64,000 nt of DNA from an uncultured Gemmatimonadales bacterium (GTDB lineage: Bacteria > Gemmatimonadota > Gemmatimonadetes > Gemmatimonadales > Gemmatimonadaceae): positions 960,001-1,024,000 of the forward strand of contig OY969695.1 of the NCBI GenBank assembly GCA_963701965.1, given 5' to 3'. The notes beneath the pieces were generated by a model. That model was given only the letters and a program-made list of their open reading frames with translations. It had not been told where the DNA came from and ran no database searches. Positions within the stretch are counted from its first letter, which is position 1. Each line of letters opens with the position of its first letter. Below are positions 31,389 through 40,980 of the stretch, one piece after another. A program made the position numbers and the translations under genes.

Positions 31389-32336
31389 ATGGAACTGCTG
31401 GGGCTGCATCATGTAACGGCGGTAACGGCGCAGGCGACCGGCAATCTCCGGTACTACACGGACACGCTCGGACTCCGGCTCGTGAAGAAGACCGTCAACC
31501 AGGACAATGTGTCCGCGTATCATCTGTTCTACGGCGATCGGGCGGGCCGACCTGGCAGCGAGGTGACATTCTTCGACTGGGCGGAGTCGCCGCGGCACCG
31601 GAGCGGCGCCCGGGAGATCGGCCAGATCGGGCTCCGGGTCCCGCATGCGGACGCCCTGAAGTGGTGGCAATCGCGGGTCGGGGGCGAGGTGACGACCGTC
31701 GCCGGCCGCTCGACGCTCGCCTTTACGGATCCTGAAGGCCAGCGCCTGGCGCTCGTCGCGGCGGGCGCCGACCCGGCAGCCGAGGCGTGGGCGGGGGGCG
31801 CGGTGCCCGCCGAAGTCGCGATCCAGGGACTGGGGCCGATCACCCTGGTCGTCGACGAGGCCCACGCGACGGTCGATCTGCTCACGACGGTGATGGGGTT
31901 CCGGCGCATGGGAGGCGAGGGGCAGTTGCAAGCGTTCGTCACGGGCCCGGGCGGCGCGGGCACCGAGGTGCACGTGGTCGAGCGGCCGGACTTGGGACAG
32001 GCCGAGCAAGGCGCCGGCGGCGTCCACCATGTGGCCTTTCGTACGCCGAACGCCCAGGAGCAGCTCGCCTGGCGCGATCGTCTGCACGCCGCGGGTGTGC
32101 CGACATCGGGAGTGATCGACCGGTACTACTTCAAGTCCCTGTATTTCCGGGAGCCGAACGGCATCCTGTTCGAGATCGCGACGGATGGGCCGGGGTTCAC
32201 GGTCGACGAGCACCCGGCGGCGCTGGGCTCGCGGTTGTCCCTGCCGCCTTTTCTGGAAGGGCGGCGCGCGGCGATCGAGTCAGGGTTACGGCCGCTCGAT
32301 CCGCTTCCCGTTCGTCCCGTTTCCGTCGAACAGTAA
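31389..32336 (+). CDS. Ring-cleaving dioxygenase (VOC/glyoxalase family)
   Basis: GLHHVTA, VKKTVNQD, VHHVAF, DRYYFKSLYFREPNGILFEIAT. Confidence 0.92.
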   Translation: MELLGLHHVTAVTAQATGNLRYYTDTLGLRLVKKTVNQDNVSAYHLFYGDRAGRPGSEVTFFDWAESPRHRSGAREIGQIGLRVPHADALKWWQSRVGGEVTTVAGRSTLAFTDPEGQRLALVAAGADPAAEAWAGGAVPAEVAIQGLGPITLVVDEAHATVDLLTTVMGFRRMGGEGQLQAFVTGPGGAGTEVHVVERPDLGQAEQGAGGVHHVAFRTPNAQEQLAWRDRLHAAGVPTSGVIDRYYFKSLYFREPNGILFEIATDGPGFTVDEHPAALGSRLSLPPFLEGRRAAIESGLRPLDPLPVRPVSVEQ

Positions 32337-33779
32337 ACGGAGGCGCTTGGCGAATCGCCCGCCCCACCGCGCGATCTCGCCCGGGCGGCTCAAGCCAAGT
32401 CGCGAGGACACGACGTCGAGTCCATCGCCGACGACGCTGGTCATGCTTTCGACCCAGTCCGCGGCGTTCGTGGTGTGGCTCCGGCCGAGCGCGGCGAGGA
32501 CCACCGGCTGCAGGCGGAGCACCACGGGTGTGGCCACGGCCAGCGCGTTGAACCGCGGATCGTACCGGGTGCCAATGCCTTCGATCAACGACGCCGTACG
32601 CGCGAAGTACACCATGGAGCTGGGCAGCGTGATCGGCGAGTCGTACAGGTTGATCATCACCTGGTCGGCGAGGAGCTCCATGCGCTCCAGCGTCGTGGTG
32701 TAGCGGGACGCGAGGCCGAGCAACAGCGCGACGAGGGGCCGCAGGTCGTCGCGCGGCACATCCGGGGCGACGAGTCCCAGCGCGTCGAAGCCGGCGATGA
32801 CCGCATCCACGTCCTTCCGGATCGCGGCCAGGATCGTTCCCAGGAGCGCCCGGCGCATGGCACGCGACACGCGGACGACCATGCCGAAATCCAAGAGCAC
32901 GAGCGCGCCGTCCGGGGCGACCCGGAGATTCTTGGGATGTGGGTCGGCGTGGAACAGCCCGTCGACCATCATCATCGACACGTAGGCTTCGATGAGACGG
33001 CGCACGAGGAGGGTGAGGTCGATCTCGCCGGCGGCGACGCGGGCATTGAGCGCGTCGAGCGCGTCGCCTTCCATGAACTCGAGCACGAGCACGCGTTGGC
33101 GCACGAACGGCAGAACGACCGCGGGCACGCGGATCCCCGGCGTGTCGGCGAAGTTCTCGCCCATCTCGACCGCGTTGGCCGCCTCCAGGCGATAGTCGAT
33201 CTCGTCCCGCACCCGAAAGGCGAATTCGTCGAGCACAACGCGGAGCTGTCGCAGGTTGCGGATCACACGGGGGCTGCCGCGGAAGAGGCGCAAGCAAAGG
33301 TCGAGCAGCCGGCCCGTCGCCGCGCAGTCGGCCGCGATCAGGCGCTCGACGCCGGGGCGGAGCACTTTGACAGCGACTTTCTGGCCCGCCACGCGTGCCT
33401 CGTAGACCTGCCCGAGCGAGGCGGACGCGACCGGTTCGTGGGAGATCCACTCGAAGACCGCGTCGGCCGGCCGGCCATAGGCGCGCGCGATCTCGCGCGC
33501 GATCGGTGGCCACGGCGTCGCTGGCACACGATCCATGAGCGACGCGAGGGCGCCGAGGTAGGGCTCGGGGATCACGTCCGAACGCGCGCCCAGGAGCTGC
33601 GCCAGCTTGATGAACGAGGGCCCGAGGCCCGCCAGTGTCCGCGCGATCCGCTCGGCGCGCTTGGCATGGAATGCCGCGGTGCGCGGGAGCGGCGCGCCGA
33701 ACCAGACCCAGCGCGCGACATCGCGACGGAACGACACGATGACGGGCACGACCCGCCAGGCAATGATCACGAGGCGCAT
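32286..33779 (-). CDS. AarF/ABC1/UbiB-family atypical kinase
   Basis: LGPSFIKLAQ, SASLGQVY, VAVKV, FHADPHPKN, LDFGM. Confidence 0.92.
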   Translation of the reverse strand: MRLVIIAWRVVPVIVSFRRDVARWVWFGAPLPRTAAFHAKRAERIARTLAGLGPSFIKLAQLLGARSDVIPEPYLGALASLMDRVPATPWPPIAREIARAYGRPADAVFEWISHEPVASASLGQVYEARVAGQKVAVKVLRPGVERLIAADCAATGRLLDLCLRLFRGSPRVIRNLRQLRVVLDEFAFRVRDEIDYRLEAANAVEMGENFADTPGIRVPAVVLPFVRQRVLVLEFMEGDALDALNARVAAGEIDLTLLVRRLIEAYVSMMMVDGLFHADPHPKNLRVAPDGALVLLDFGMVVRVSRAMRRALLGTILAAIRKDVDAVIAGFDALGLVAPDVPRDDLRPLVALLLGLASRYTTTLERMELLADQVMINLYDSPITLPSSMVYFARTASLIEGIGTRYDPRFNALAVATPVVLRLQPVVLAALGRSHTTNAADWVESMTSVVGDGLDVVSSRLGLSRPGEIARWGGRFAKRLRLLFDGNGTNGKRIERP

Positions 33780-33818
33780 GTGTGTTAAGCTAGCCGGTGG
33801 GCCCTATCTTTCGCGGCC

Positions 33819-34676
33819 ATGGCCCAGGCGCCCGGCATTCTCTTTTCGTTCGCGCATCCGGATGACGAGAGCTTTCTCGTGGCCGGGACGGGGTGCGCCT
33901 ACGGAGCCCGCGGCGTCCGGCTCGCCCTGTTCACCGCGACCCGCGGCGGCGCGGGGAAGGTCGGGGATCCGCCGGTGTGCGCGCGCGAGGAGATCACGGG
34001 CGTCCGGGCGCGGGAGTTGAGCGCGGCCACCGCCATCCTGGGCATCGACGACGTCACCCTGCTCGACTATCCGGATGGGGCGCTGGGGGATGTGCCCGCG
34101 GATGACATCCGGCGGCATCTCGTGCGGCTCATCCGGCGCCATCGGCCCGCGGTGGTCGTCACGTTCGACCCGAACGGCGCGAACGGACATCGCGATCACG
34201 TGGCCATCAGCCGGTTCACGTCGGACGCGATCGCCGCGGCCAGTGATCCGCGGTGGTACGAGGACGAAGGCGCGCCGCACGAGGTGCGGCGATTGGTGTG
34301 GACGCCGCCGGCGCCGTGGTGGTCGGACCGCGACCAAACGCTGGGCGTCGACTTTCGCATCGACGTCCATGCCTACTGGGAGCGGAAGGCCGCGGCGCTG
34401 CGGGCGCATTGGACGCAGCATCAGTCGATCAATCGGATTTTCTTTGCGAATGAGCACGCCGCGGAGATCTCGGCGCAGCCGAGATCTGTCCAACCGACCG
34501 GGGATCTCGCGACGCGGAGCGGCGCGGAGATCTCGGCGCAGCCGAGATCTGTCCAACCGACCGGGGATCTCGCGACGCAGCGCGTCGCGGACATCTTGTC
34601 AGTGGAGGCGTTCCGCCAGGCATGGGGGCCGCGACTGCCCGAGCGACCGACCGCCGACCTGCTCGTTGGCTTGTGA
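33819..34676 (+). CDS. PIG-L/LmbE-family deacetylase carrying an in-frame repeat insertion
   Basis: AHPDDE, GHRDH, KAAALRAHWTQ. Confidence 0.88.
   Translation: MAQAPGILFSFAHPDDESFLVAGTGCAYGARGVRLALFTATRGGAGKVGDPPVCAREEITGVRARELSAATAILGIDDVTLLDYPDGALGDVPADDIRRHLVRLIRRHRPAVVVTFDPNGANGHRDHVAISRFTSDAIAAASDPRWYEDEGAPHEVRRLVWTPPAPWWSDRDQTLGVDFRIDVHAYWERKAAALRAHWTQHQSINRIFFANEHAAEISAQPRSVQPTGDLATRSGAEISAQPRSVQPTGDLATQRVADILSVEAFRQAWGPRLPERPTADLLVGL
34461..34600 (+). repeat. Two tandem 63-bp double-hairpin units, in frame
   Basis: Period 63; AGATCTCGGC-GCA-GCCGAGATCT stem, TGTCCAACCGAC linker, second imperfect stem. Confidence 0.95.
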
Positions 34677-35941
34677 CCACCCGCCGGGCGTTCGTTTCGA
34701 CCGTGGCGTGGGCCGCGACCGCGCCGCGCGCGCTGGCGCACGCGGCGGCGTATGCGGCCTCCGCGTCTCCCGCGTTGCTCGTCGATGACGAGGCGTACTG
34801 GTCGAGCGTGCGGCAGGCGTTCGCGCTCGATCGCACGCTGACGTATCTCAACAGCGCCGGCATCAGTCCGGCGTCAACCGCGGTGCTCGAGGGGATGGTG
34901 CGCGCGCTGCGGTTCGCGAACAGCGCGCCCGTCGAGCATATGTGGCGCGGAGAAGAACCGGAGATCGAAGGCGTGCGCCGGGCGCTGGCGGCGGAGTTCG
35001 GGTGTGATCCCGAAGAGATGGCGATCACGCGGAACGCGTCCGAGGCACTGGAGACGCTCATCTTCGGCCTGCCGCTCGGCGCCGGGGACGAGGTCATCGT
35101 GACCGCGCACAACTATGACCGCATGCTCACGGCGTGGGCACAGCGCGCGCGGCGGGATGGCATCGTGGTGCGCACCGTGACGTTCCCGCTGCCCGTGACA
35201 TCGGACGCGGTGGTGATCGAGGCCATCCGCGAGGCGATCACCGATCGCACGCGCGTGATCGAGATTCCGCACCTCACGAATTGGACGGGCCAGCCGTTAC
35301 CGGTCCCGGCGATCGTGGCGTCGGGTCGCGCCCGGGGCGTGAGCGTCATCGTGGATGGGGCGCAAACGTTCGCCCACACGCCGGTGTCGCGCGATGCACT
35401 CGGCTGCGATTACTACGCGACCAGTCTGCACAAGTGGTTGCTCGCCCCGGTAGGGTCGGGCTTCTTGTATGTCCGGCGCGAGCGCATCCCTGCCGTGTGG
35501 CCGCTCTTCGCTGCCCCGGAGGCGCGGAGCGCCGACGTGCGCAAGTTCGAGGAGATCGGCACGCATCCCGCGGCCAACCACAACGCGATCACCGCGGCGC
35601 TGGCGTTTCACCACAGCATCGGCGGGCCCCGGAAGCTGGCGAGGCTCAAATGGCTCCGGGATCGATGGGCGCGCGCGATCGGCGCCGAGAGCCCGCGGGT
35701 GCACATCCGCACGCCGCTCGACGATCCGCGGAGCGGAGCCATCGCGCTCGTGGAGATCGAGGGACTGGAAGCCGGCGCGCTGGCGCGGTGGCTCTGGGTT
35801 ACGCATCGCATCGTGACGAGCGCCATCGCGTTTGGGGGCGTGACCGGAGTCCGCGTCACGCCGAACGTGTTCACCACGCCGTCGGAGATCGACCGGTTGA
35901 CGGACGCACTCCGGACGGCCATTCGAAAAGGCATCACGTGA
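34673..35941 (+). CDS. Class V PLP aminotransferase (isopenicillin-N epimerase-like) with Tat-like signal
   Basis: TRRAFV, YLNSAG, VDGAQ, SLHKW. Confidence 0.88.
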   Translation: MTTRRAFVSTVAWAATAPRALAHAAAYAASASPALLVDDEAYWSSVRQAFALDRTLTYLNSAGISPASTAVLEGMVRALRFANSAPVEHMWRGEEPEIEGVRRALAAEFGCDPEEMAITRNASEALETLIFGLPLGAGDEVIVTAHNYDRMLTAWAQRARRDGIVVRTVTFPLPVTSDAVVIEAIREAITDRTRVIEIPHLTNWTGQPLPVPAIVASGRARGVSVIVDGAQTFAHTPVSRDALGCDYYATSLHKWLLAPVGSGFLYVRRERIPAVWPLFAAPEARSADVRKFEEIGTHPAANHNAITAALAFHHSIGGPRKLARLKWLRDRWARAIGAESPRVHIRTPLDDPRSGAIALVEIEGLEAGALARWLWVTHRIVTSAIAFGGVTGVRVTPNVFTTPSEIDRLTDALRTAIRKGIT

Positions 35942-36777
35942 AGGCCCTCCGCCGCATCCCGCCATCGCTCTTGGTACTGACGTCAATGTCGACGACGCAG
36001 ATCGGGGGCGCGCTGGCCAAGACGGTGTTTCCGGTGCTCGGCACCCCGGGCACGGTCTTCATCCGCGTGGCGAGCGCGGCGCTCATGCTGCTGGTGGTCG
36101 CTCGGCCCCGTCTCGAGCACGGGTGGAAACGAAACGCCGGGATTGTGGGGCTGTTTGGCGCGATCCTCGGCACCATGAACCTGGTGTTCTACCTGGCGCT
36201 GGCGCGGATCCCGTTCGGGATCTGCGTGACGCTGGAGTTCACGGGTCCGCTCGCGGTGGCGGTCGCGGGCTCGCGCCGGCCGCGCGATCTCCTCTGGGTG
36301 GTGCTGGCTGCCGGGGGCATCGTGCTCTTGTCACCGCTCGAAACGCACGACCTGGATCCGATCGGCGTGATGCTGGCACTCGGGGCCGGCGTATGTTGGG
36401 CCTCGTACATCATCGTGGGCGCGCGACTCGGCAAGGCGTTCGATGGAGGACACGGGCTGGCGATGGCGATGGCGGTTGCCGCGCTCATCCTGCTGCCCAT
36501 CGGCGGAGGGACAGGCATCGGGCGCGGCATCCATGCCCCTCTGGCGCTCGTGACTGGATGCGCCGTGGGCCTGCTCTCGTCGGCCCTGCCCTACTCGCTG
36601 GAGGTCGAGGCGCTGCGGCGATTGCCGACGCGGGTGTTCGGCGTGTGGATGAGCCTCGAGCCGGCGCTGGCGGCGGTCGCGGGTTTTCTCATGCTAGGTG
36701 AACGACTGGGTTTTCACGCCATTATCGCTTTGATCATGGTCACCATCGCCAGCGCCGGAGCGGCGGCTTTCGGATGA
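35938..36777 (+). CDS. EamA/RhtA-like DMT transporter
   Basis: Multiple TMs; LEFTGPL, YSLEVEALRRLP, SLEPA. Confidence 0.9.
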   Translation: MKALRRIPPSLLVLTSMSTTQIGGALAKTVFPVLGTPGTVFIRVASAALMLLVVARPRLEHGWKRNAGIVGLFGAILGTMNLVFYLALARIPFGICVTLEFTGPLAVAVAGSRRPRDLLWVVLAAGGIVLLSPLETHDLDPIGVMLALGAGVCWASYIIVGARLGKAFDGGHGLAMAMAVAALILLPIGGGTGIGRGIHAPLALVTGCAVGLLSSALPYSLEVEALRRLPTRVFGVWMSLEPALAAVAGFLMLGERLGFHAIIALIMVTIASAGAAAFG

Positions 36778-37883
36778 CGGAACTTCTCTCGTGTCAACGC
36801 GACGCGTTCTCCCTACCGGAGGACTCGCACTATCTCAACTGCGCGTACATGTCCCCGTTGCCGCGCGCCGTCGAAGCCGCCGGGGTCGCGGGTATCGCGC
36901 GGAAACGCGACCCATCGCAGATTCGCCCGGCGGACTTCTTTACGGAGCCCGATCAGGCGCGGGCGCTGTTCGCGCGGCTCATCGGTGCCGCGCCGGCGCG
37001 CGTCGCGATCATCCCGGCGGTGTCCTACGGGGTCGCCGCGGCGGCCCGCAACGTGGAGATCCGCCCGGGCGCGAACGTGGTGCTGCTCGATGAGCAGTTC
37101 CCGAGCAACGTGTTGAGCTGGCGGCGCACGCGCGCCGAGATTCGCACGGTCGGTCGCGGGCCCGATTGGAGCGCGCGGCTCCTCGACGCCATCGATCGCC
37201 ACACGGCGGTCGTGGCGGTCGACGCCGTCCACTGGACCGACGGCACGCGCTTCGACCTGGCGGCGATCGGCGCCCGCGCGCGCGAGGTGGGCGCCGTGTT
37301 CGTCGTCGACGCCACCCAGTCCATTGGAGCCGAGCCCATCAATGTCTGCGTGCTCCAGCCCGACGTCCTGGTGACCGCGACGTACAAGTGGCTGATGGGC
37401 TCCCTCGGCATCGGGTTCGCGTATTTCGGACCGCGATTCGACAACGGCGCGCCGGTCGAGGAGAATTGGCTGTCACGCGGCGGCAGCGACGACTTCCGCC
37501 GGCTCGCCGAGTACCGCGACGACTACCGGCCGGGCGCGGCGCGCTACGACGTCGGCGGGCGCGCCAACTTCATCCTGCCAGCCATGGCCGCCGCGGCGCT
37601 CGAACTGATCCTGACCTGGGACCCGGCCCGCATCGCCGCCTACTGCCGCGCGCTCAACGGCCCCCTGGTCGACGCGGCGCGGGCCCTCGGCTACACCGTA
37701 GGCGACGTCTCCCACATCGTCGGCCTGCGCCTGCCCGCGGGGCGCGACACCGCGTCGATCGAGCGGAAACTGGCCGACCACCGCGTCTTCGTGTCCCTCC
37801 GCGGCAGCGCCGTGCGCGTCTCGCCCAACGTGTACAACACGCCAGACGACATCGCGGCGCTGGTCGCGGCGCTGGCAATGTAA
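36774..37883 (+). CDS. Class V PLP aminotransferase
   Basis: YLNCAYMSP, VDATQSIG, YKWL, VRVSPNVYN. Confidence 0.9.
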   Translation: MTELLSCQRDAFSLPEDSHYLNCAYMSPLPRAVEAAGVAGIARKRDPSQIRPADFFTEPDQARALFARLIGAAPARVAIIPAVSYGVAAAARNVEIRPGANVVLLDEQFPSNVLSWRRTRAEIRTVGRGPDWSARLLDAIDRHTAVVAVDAVHWTDGTRFDLAAIGARAREVGAVFVVDATQSIGAEPINVCVLQPDVLVTATYKWLMGSLGIGFAYFGPRFDNGAPVEENWLSRGGSDDFRRLAEYRDDYRPGAARYDVGGRANFILPAMAAAALELILTWDPARIAAYCRALNGPLVDAARALGYTVGDVSHIVGLRLPAGRDTASIERKLADHRVFVSLRGSAVRVSPNVYNTPDDIAALVAALAM

Positions 37884-37913
37884 GGTTCCGGGGGGGTCGG
37901 TCGTTTGCTCTGT

Positions 37914-38423
37914 ATGAACGACCCCCTCGTGGTACCACGGGATCCGGACGCGCTGGCGGCGCTCTACGAGCGGTACGCGCCGGTCATGATGCGCGTGGCC
38001 TATCATATCACCGGCTCCCGGGCCGACGCCGAGGACGTGCTCCATGACGTCTTTCTGGGCCTGCCGCAGGCGCTCCAGCGGTACGAAGAGCGCGGCCGAC
38101 TCGAATCCTGGCTCGTGCGCCTCACGGCCCGGGCCGCGCTGTCGCGCGGCCGCCGCCGGCGGCGCCAAGCCGAGACACCCATCGAGAACAAGATCGTGTC
38201 CGCCGCTCCGGGAGACGTCGAGCGCCGGCTGGCCCGCGCGGACCTGCGCGCGGCACTTCATGCGCTGCCGGCGTCGCTGCGCGCGGTCGTCGTGTTGAAG
38301 GAGATCGAGGGGTACGCCCACGCCGAAATCGCCGAAATACTCGGGATCACCGCCGGCGCGTCCGAAGTTCGCCTCTGCCGCGCCATGCGACGGCTCCGCG
38401 CCACGCTCACGGAGGGCACATGA
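37914..38423 (+). CDS. ECF sigma factor
   Basis: DAEDVLHDVF, EGYAHAEIAEILG. Confidence 0.9.
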   Translation: MNDPLVVPRDPDALAALYERYAPVMMRVAYHITGSRADAEDVLHDVFLGLPQALQRYEERGRLESWLVRLTARAALSRGRRRRRQAETPIENKIVSAAPGDVERRLARADLRAALHALPASLRAVVVLKEIEGYAHAEIAEILGITAGASEVRLCRAMRRLRATLTEGT

Positions 38424-39520
38424 CACACCTCAGCGATAGCGCACTGCTCCAGTACGCGACTGGTGAATTGACCGGTGATCGCTCGGGCGTCGCCGAGCAT
38501 CTGGCCGGCTGTGGCGCGTGCCGCGGGATCGTGCTCGACACGCGGCGCATCGGGGCCGATCTCCGCGATCTGCCGGTGCCGCCGGCCCCATCGCTGGATG
38601 CGCTGCTGCGGATCCCCAGGGTGCGGCCGCGGACCGTGTGGCCCCAGGCCATTGCCGCGGTCCTGGTCATCGGCATCGCGGGGGCGCTCATCGCCAACAC
38701 GCCCGGCGCCATCGCGACCATGAGCCTATGGCCCGAGCCGCCACACGAGCCCGGGCCGCCGGTTACGGCGATACTGCCCAACCGCATCGCCGCGGGCCGG
38801 TGGACCTACATGTCGCGGATGTACACGGACAGCATCCTGTGGAGCACGCCCGTGATGTTCACGGTGACGGTCGATTCGGCCGCGGTTGGACCGACGCCGG
38901 CGTGGCGCGTCGTGGAGAGCGGCGCCCGGGGCTCCGATACCACCATTGTCGCCCGCGGCGACCTGCGACCAATGTCCGGCGTGCTCTCCGATCCGGGCAG
39001 CGGCCTCCGGGTCGTGACGACCTACTCGCGCGACAGCGTCATCACGATCGACTCGGCGCCGCGATACCGGTACGCCGACGGACATCGCGGGCTCAAAGTG
39101 CGACGGCACGCGTTCGCGATGGCCGACACGGTGCGCGTGCGCGCGGTCAACGAGGCCGGTCTCTGGGCCCTCATGCGGACCTTGCCCCTCGAGCGCTCGT
39201 GGCGCGGAACCATTGCCATGGTCGAGGACCCGGCATGGTCCCACGGCGCGGTGATTCGACAGCTGGCGGTGGAAGGCCGGCATACGATCGTCACGCCCAT
39301 CGGCCGCTGCGACTGCTGGCAGGTTTCCGTCTCGCACGGCGGCGTAACGGGGATCTCGGCGCAGCCGAGATCTGTCCAACCGACAATGGATCTCGCGACG
39401 CGAAGCGTCGCCGAGATCCTGTGGGTGCGCGCGTCCGATCGGATCGTGGTCAAGACCGAGTCCGTCGGCGAAGACGTGGGTGTCGTGGAGCTCGTCGCCG
39501 AGGACCCGCCGCCGACCTAG
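38420..39520 (+). CDS. Zinc-finger (ZAS) membrane anti-sigma factor
   Basis: HLAGCGAC motif, TM, beta-rich C-terminal domain; ATGA-coupled to the sigma gene. Confidence 0.8.
   Translation: MTHLSDSALLQYATGELTGDRSGVAEHLAGCGACRGIVLDTRRIGADLRDLPVPPAPSLDALLRIPRVRPRTVWPQAIAAVLVIGIAGALIANTPGAIATMSLWPEPPHEPGPPVTAILPNRIAAGRWTYMSRMYTDSILWSTPVMFTVTVDSAAVGPTPAWRVVESGARGSDTTIVARGDLRPMSGVLSDPGSGLRVVTTYSRDSVITIDSAPRYRYADGHRGLKVRRHAFAMADTVRVRAVNEAGLWALMRTLPLERSWRGTIAMVEDPAWSHGAVIRQLAVEGRHTIVTPIGRCDCWQVSVSHGGVTGISAQPRSVQPTMDLATRSVAEILWVRASDRIVVKTESVGEDVGVVELVAEDPPPT
39352..39419 (+). repeat. Single copy of the double-hairpin element, in frame
   Basis: GATCTCGGCGCAGCCGAGATCTGTCCAACCGAC identical to the 34.5-kb copies; second stem GGATCTCGCGACGC-GAA-GCGTCGCCGAGATCC. 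Confidence 0.95.
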
Positions 39521-39918
39521 TGGCGCGCGCTATCGTCCGGCGCGGAGGGACCGAACCGGTGCGAGCGCTCGTGGCTGCGCATGCGCGCGAACCGGTCGCG
39601 TTGTTCCGGCGTCAACACGCGCTCGATGTCGGTGCGCGTCGAGTCGAGGATCAGGCGGATGGCGGGGCGGATGCGCTGGGTGATCGAGTCGCGTTGGGCC
39701 AAGCGATGCTTCACGATCGAGTCGACCGCGGCGCGCTGGGCGGGCGACAACCCTAGCGCGTCGCCCAGGCGGCCCGGCGGGCCCATGGGATAGGAGCGGC
39801 CGAAGGGCGAGCGCGGGGCCAGCACCCGGCGGTCGAGCGCGATGCCGATGACGATACCGGAGACCAGCGAGAGCGCGACGACGAGACCGGCAATGACGCG
39901 CGCGGAGGCGCTCGACAC
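39517..39918 (-). CDS. Periplasmic Spy/CpxP/ZraP-like protein
   Basis: TM followed by LGLSPAQ...VLTPEQ motifs. Confidence 0.7.
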   Translation of the reverse strand: MSSASARVIAGLVVALSLVSGIVIGIALDRRVLAPRSPFGRSYPMGPPGRLGDALGLSPAQRAAVDSIVKHRLAQRDSITQRIRPAIRLILDSTRTDIERVLTPEQRDRFARMRSHERSHRFGPSAPDDSARH

Positions 39919-39924
39919 GCTGGC

Positions 39925-40341
39925 CTACTGGACGGTCGGTCCGAGCGCCGCGGCGAGCCACGCGTCGCGCCCGCCACCACCAACGACGGCGTCGTCATTC
40001 TCGCTCTCGGCGACGGTGCTGCGGACCCACGCCGCCACATCCGTGGAGTCGGCGGTCGCGCCGATCGTGCCGGACGGCGACACGACGGACGGCCCGACGG
40101 CAAAGAACGCTGCCGCGAGCGTCGCGACAATGCCCACGGGCACCATCGCGCGCCACCACATGAGGCCGTCGAGCAACCGACGGCTCTGCGTGGGCGCCAG
40201 GAGATATCCCGCGTCCGTCCCAATGCGGCGGCGCAACGACCACCAGTCGACCGTCTCGGCCGGCGGCGCACCAGCGACCGCACGGAGCGCCGCGACGACG
40301 CGGCCATCGAGCCCGCGCGAACGACGGATCGGTTTAGTCAT
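39925..40341 (-). CDS. Putative membrane anti-sigma factor
   Basis: Single TM, directly downstream of an ECF sigma gene. Confidence 0.6.
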   Translation of the reverse strand: MTKPIRRSRGLDGRVVAALRAVAGAPPAETVDWWSLRRRIGTDAGYLLAPTQSRRLLDGLMWWRAMVPVGIVATLAAAFFAVGPSVVSPSGTIGATADSTDVAAWVRSTVAESENDDAVVGGGGRDAWLAAALGPTVQ

Positions 40342-40945
40342 TGCGCAAAGCGCCGGCGAGCGGCGCGAGTGTCACGCGGAGCGCGTTGCGCGCCTCGTGG
40401 AGATACCACCGCACCGTGCCTTGCGAGAGATCGAGAATGCTCGCGATCTCGACGCTGGAAAATCCCTCCAGCTCCGAGAGCCGGAGAATGAGCCGCTGGC
40501 GCTCGGGCAGCAAATCGACCGCCGCCCGCACGCGCTCCTGGAGCTCCCGGCGCTCGGCGAGCCCGTCCGGCGAGCCTTCCCCGCCCGCCGCGTCGGCCGG
40601 CACCTGCTCTGTCTGCCGCACCGTCCGCGACTTCCGGGCGTTCAACCCGCGATTGACCAGAATGCGAAAGAACCACGGCGAAAACGCCCGCTCCCGGTCA
40701 AACCGGTCGATCTGCTCCAGCACCGTGATGAATGTCTCCTGCACGAGGTCCTCGGCGTCCTCGCGATGGTGCATGACGTGATACGCCACCGCGTACGCGC
40801 GGCGCAGGTAGCGCCGCACCAGCTCGTCGAACGCCGACGGATCCCGGTGACGCACGAGATCGAGGAGCGCCGGTTCGGTCAGCGCATCGAGGCCCGGAGC
40901 GCCGGACCGGACAGCAACAATGGCAGGCGACGATTTCGGCTTCAC
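40334..40945 (-). CDS. ECF sigma factor
   Basis: AFDELVRRY, DAEDLVQETF, LPERQR, EIASIL; start approximate. Confidence 0.88.
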   Translation of the reverse strand: MKPKSSPAIVAVRSGAPGLDALTEPALLDLVRHRDPSAFDELVRRYLRRAYAVAYHVMHHREDAEDLVQETFITVLEQIDRFDRERAFSPWFFRILVNRGLNARKSRTVRQTEQVPADAAGGEGSPDGLAERRELQERVRAAVDLLPERQRLILRLSELEGFSSVEIASILDLSQGTVRWYLHEARNALRVTLAPLAGALRND

Positions 40946-40980
40946 ATCTCTTATACCCGCGGCGCGTTCCGTTCGTTGGA

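Noticed and set aside
34461..34600. CRISPR array
   Set aside because: Units repeat in full with no unique spacers, lie inside a CDS, and no cas genes are present
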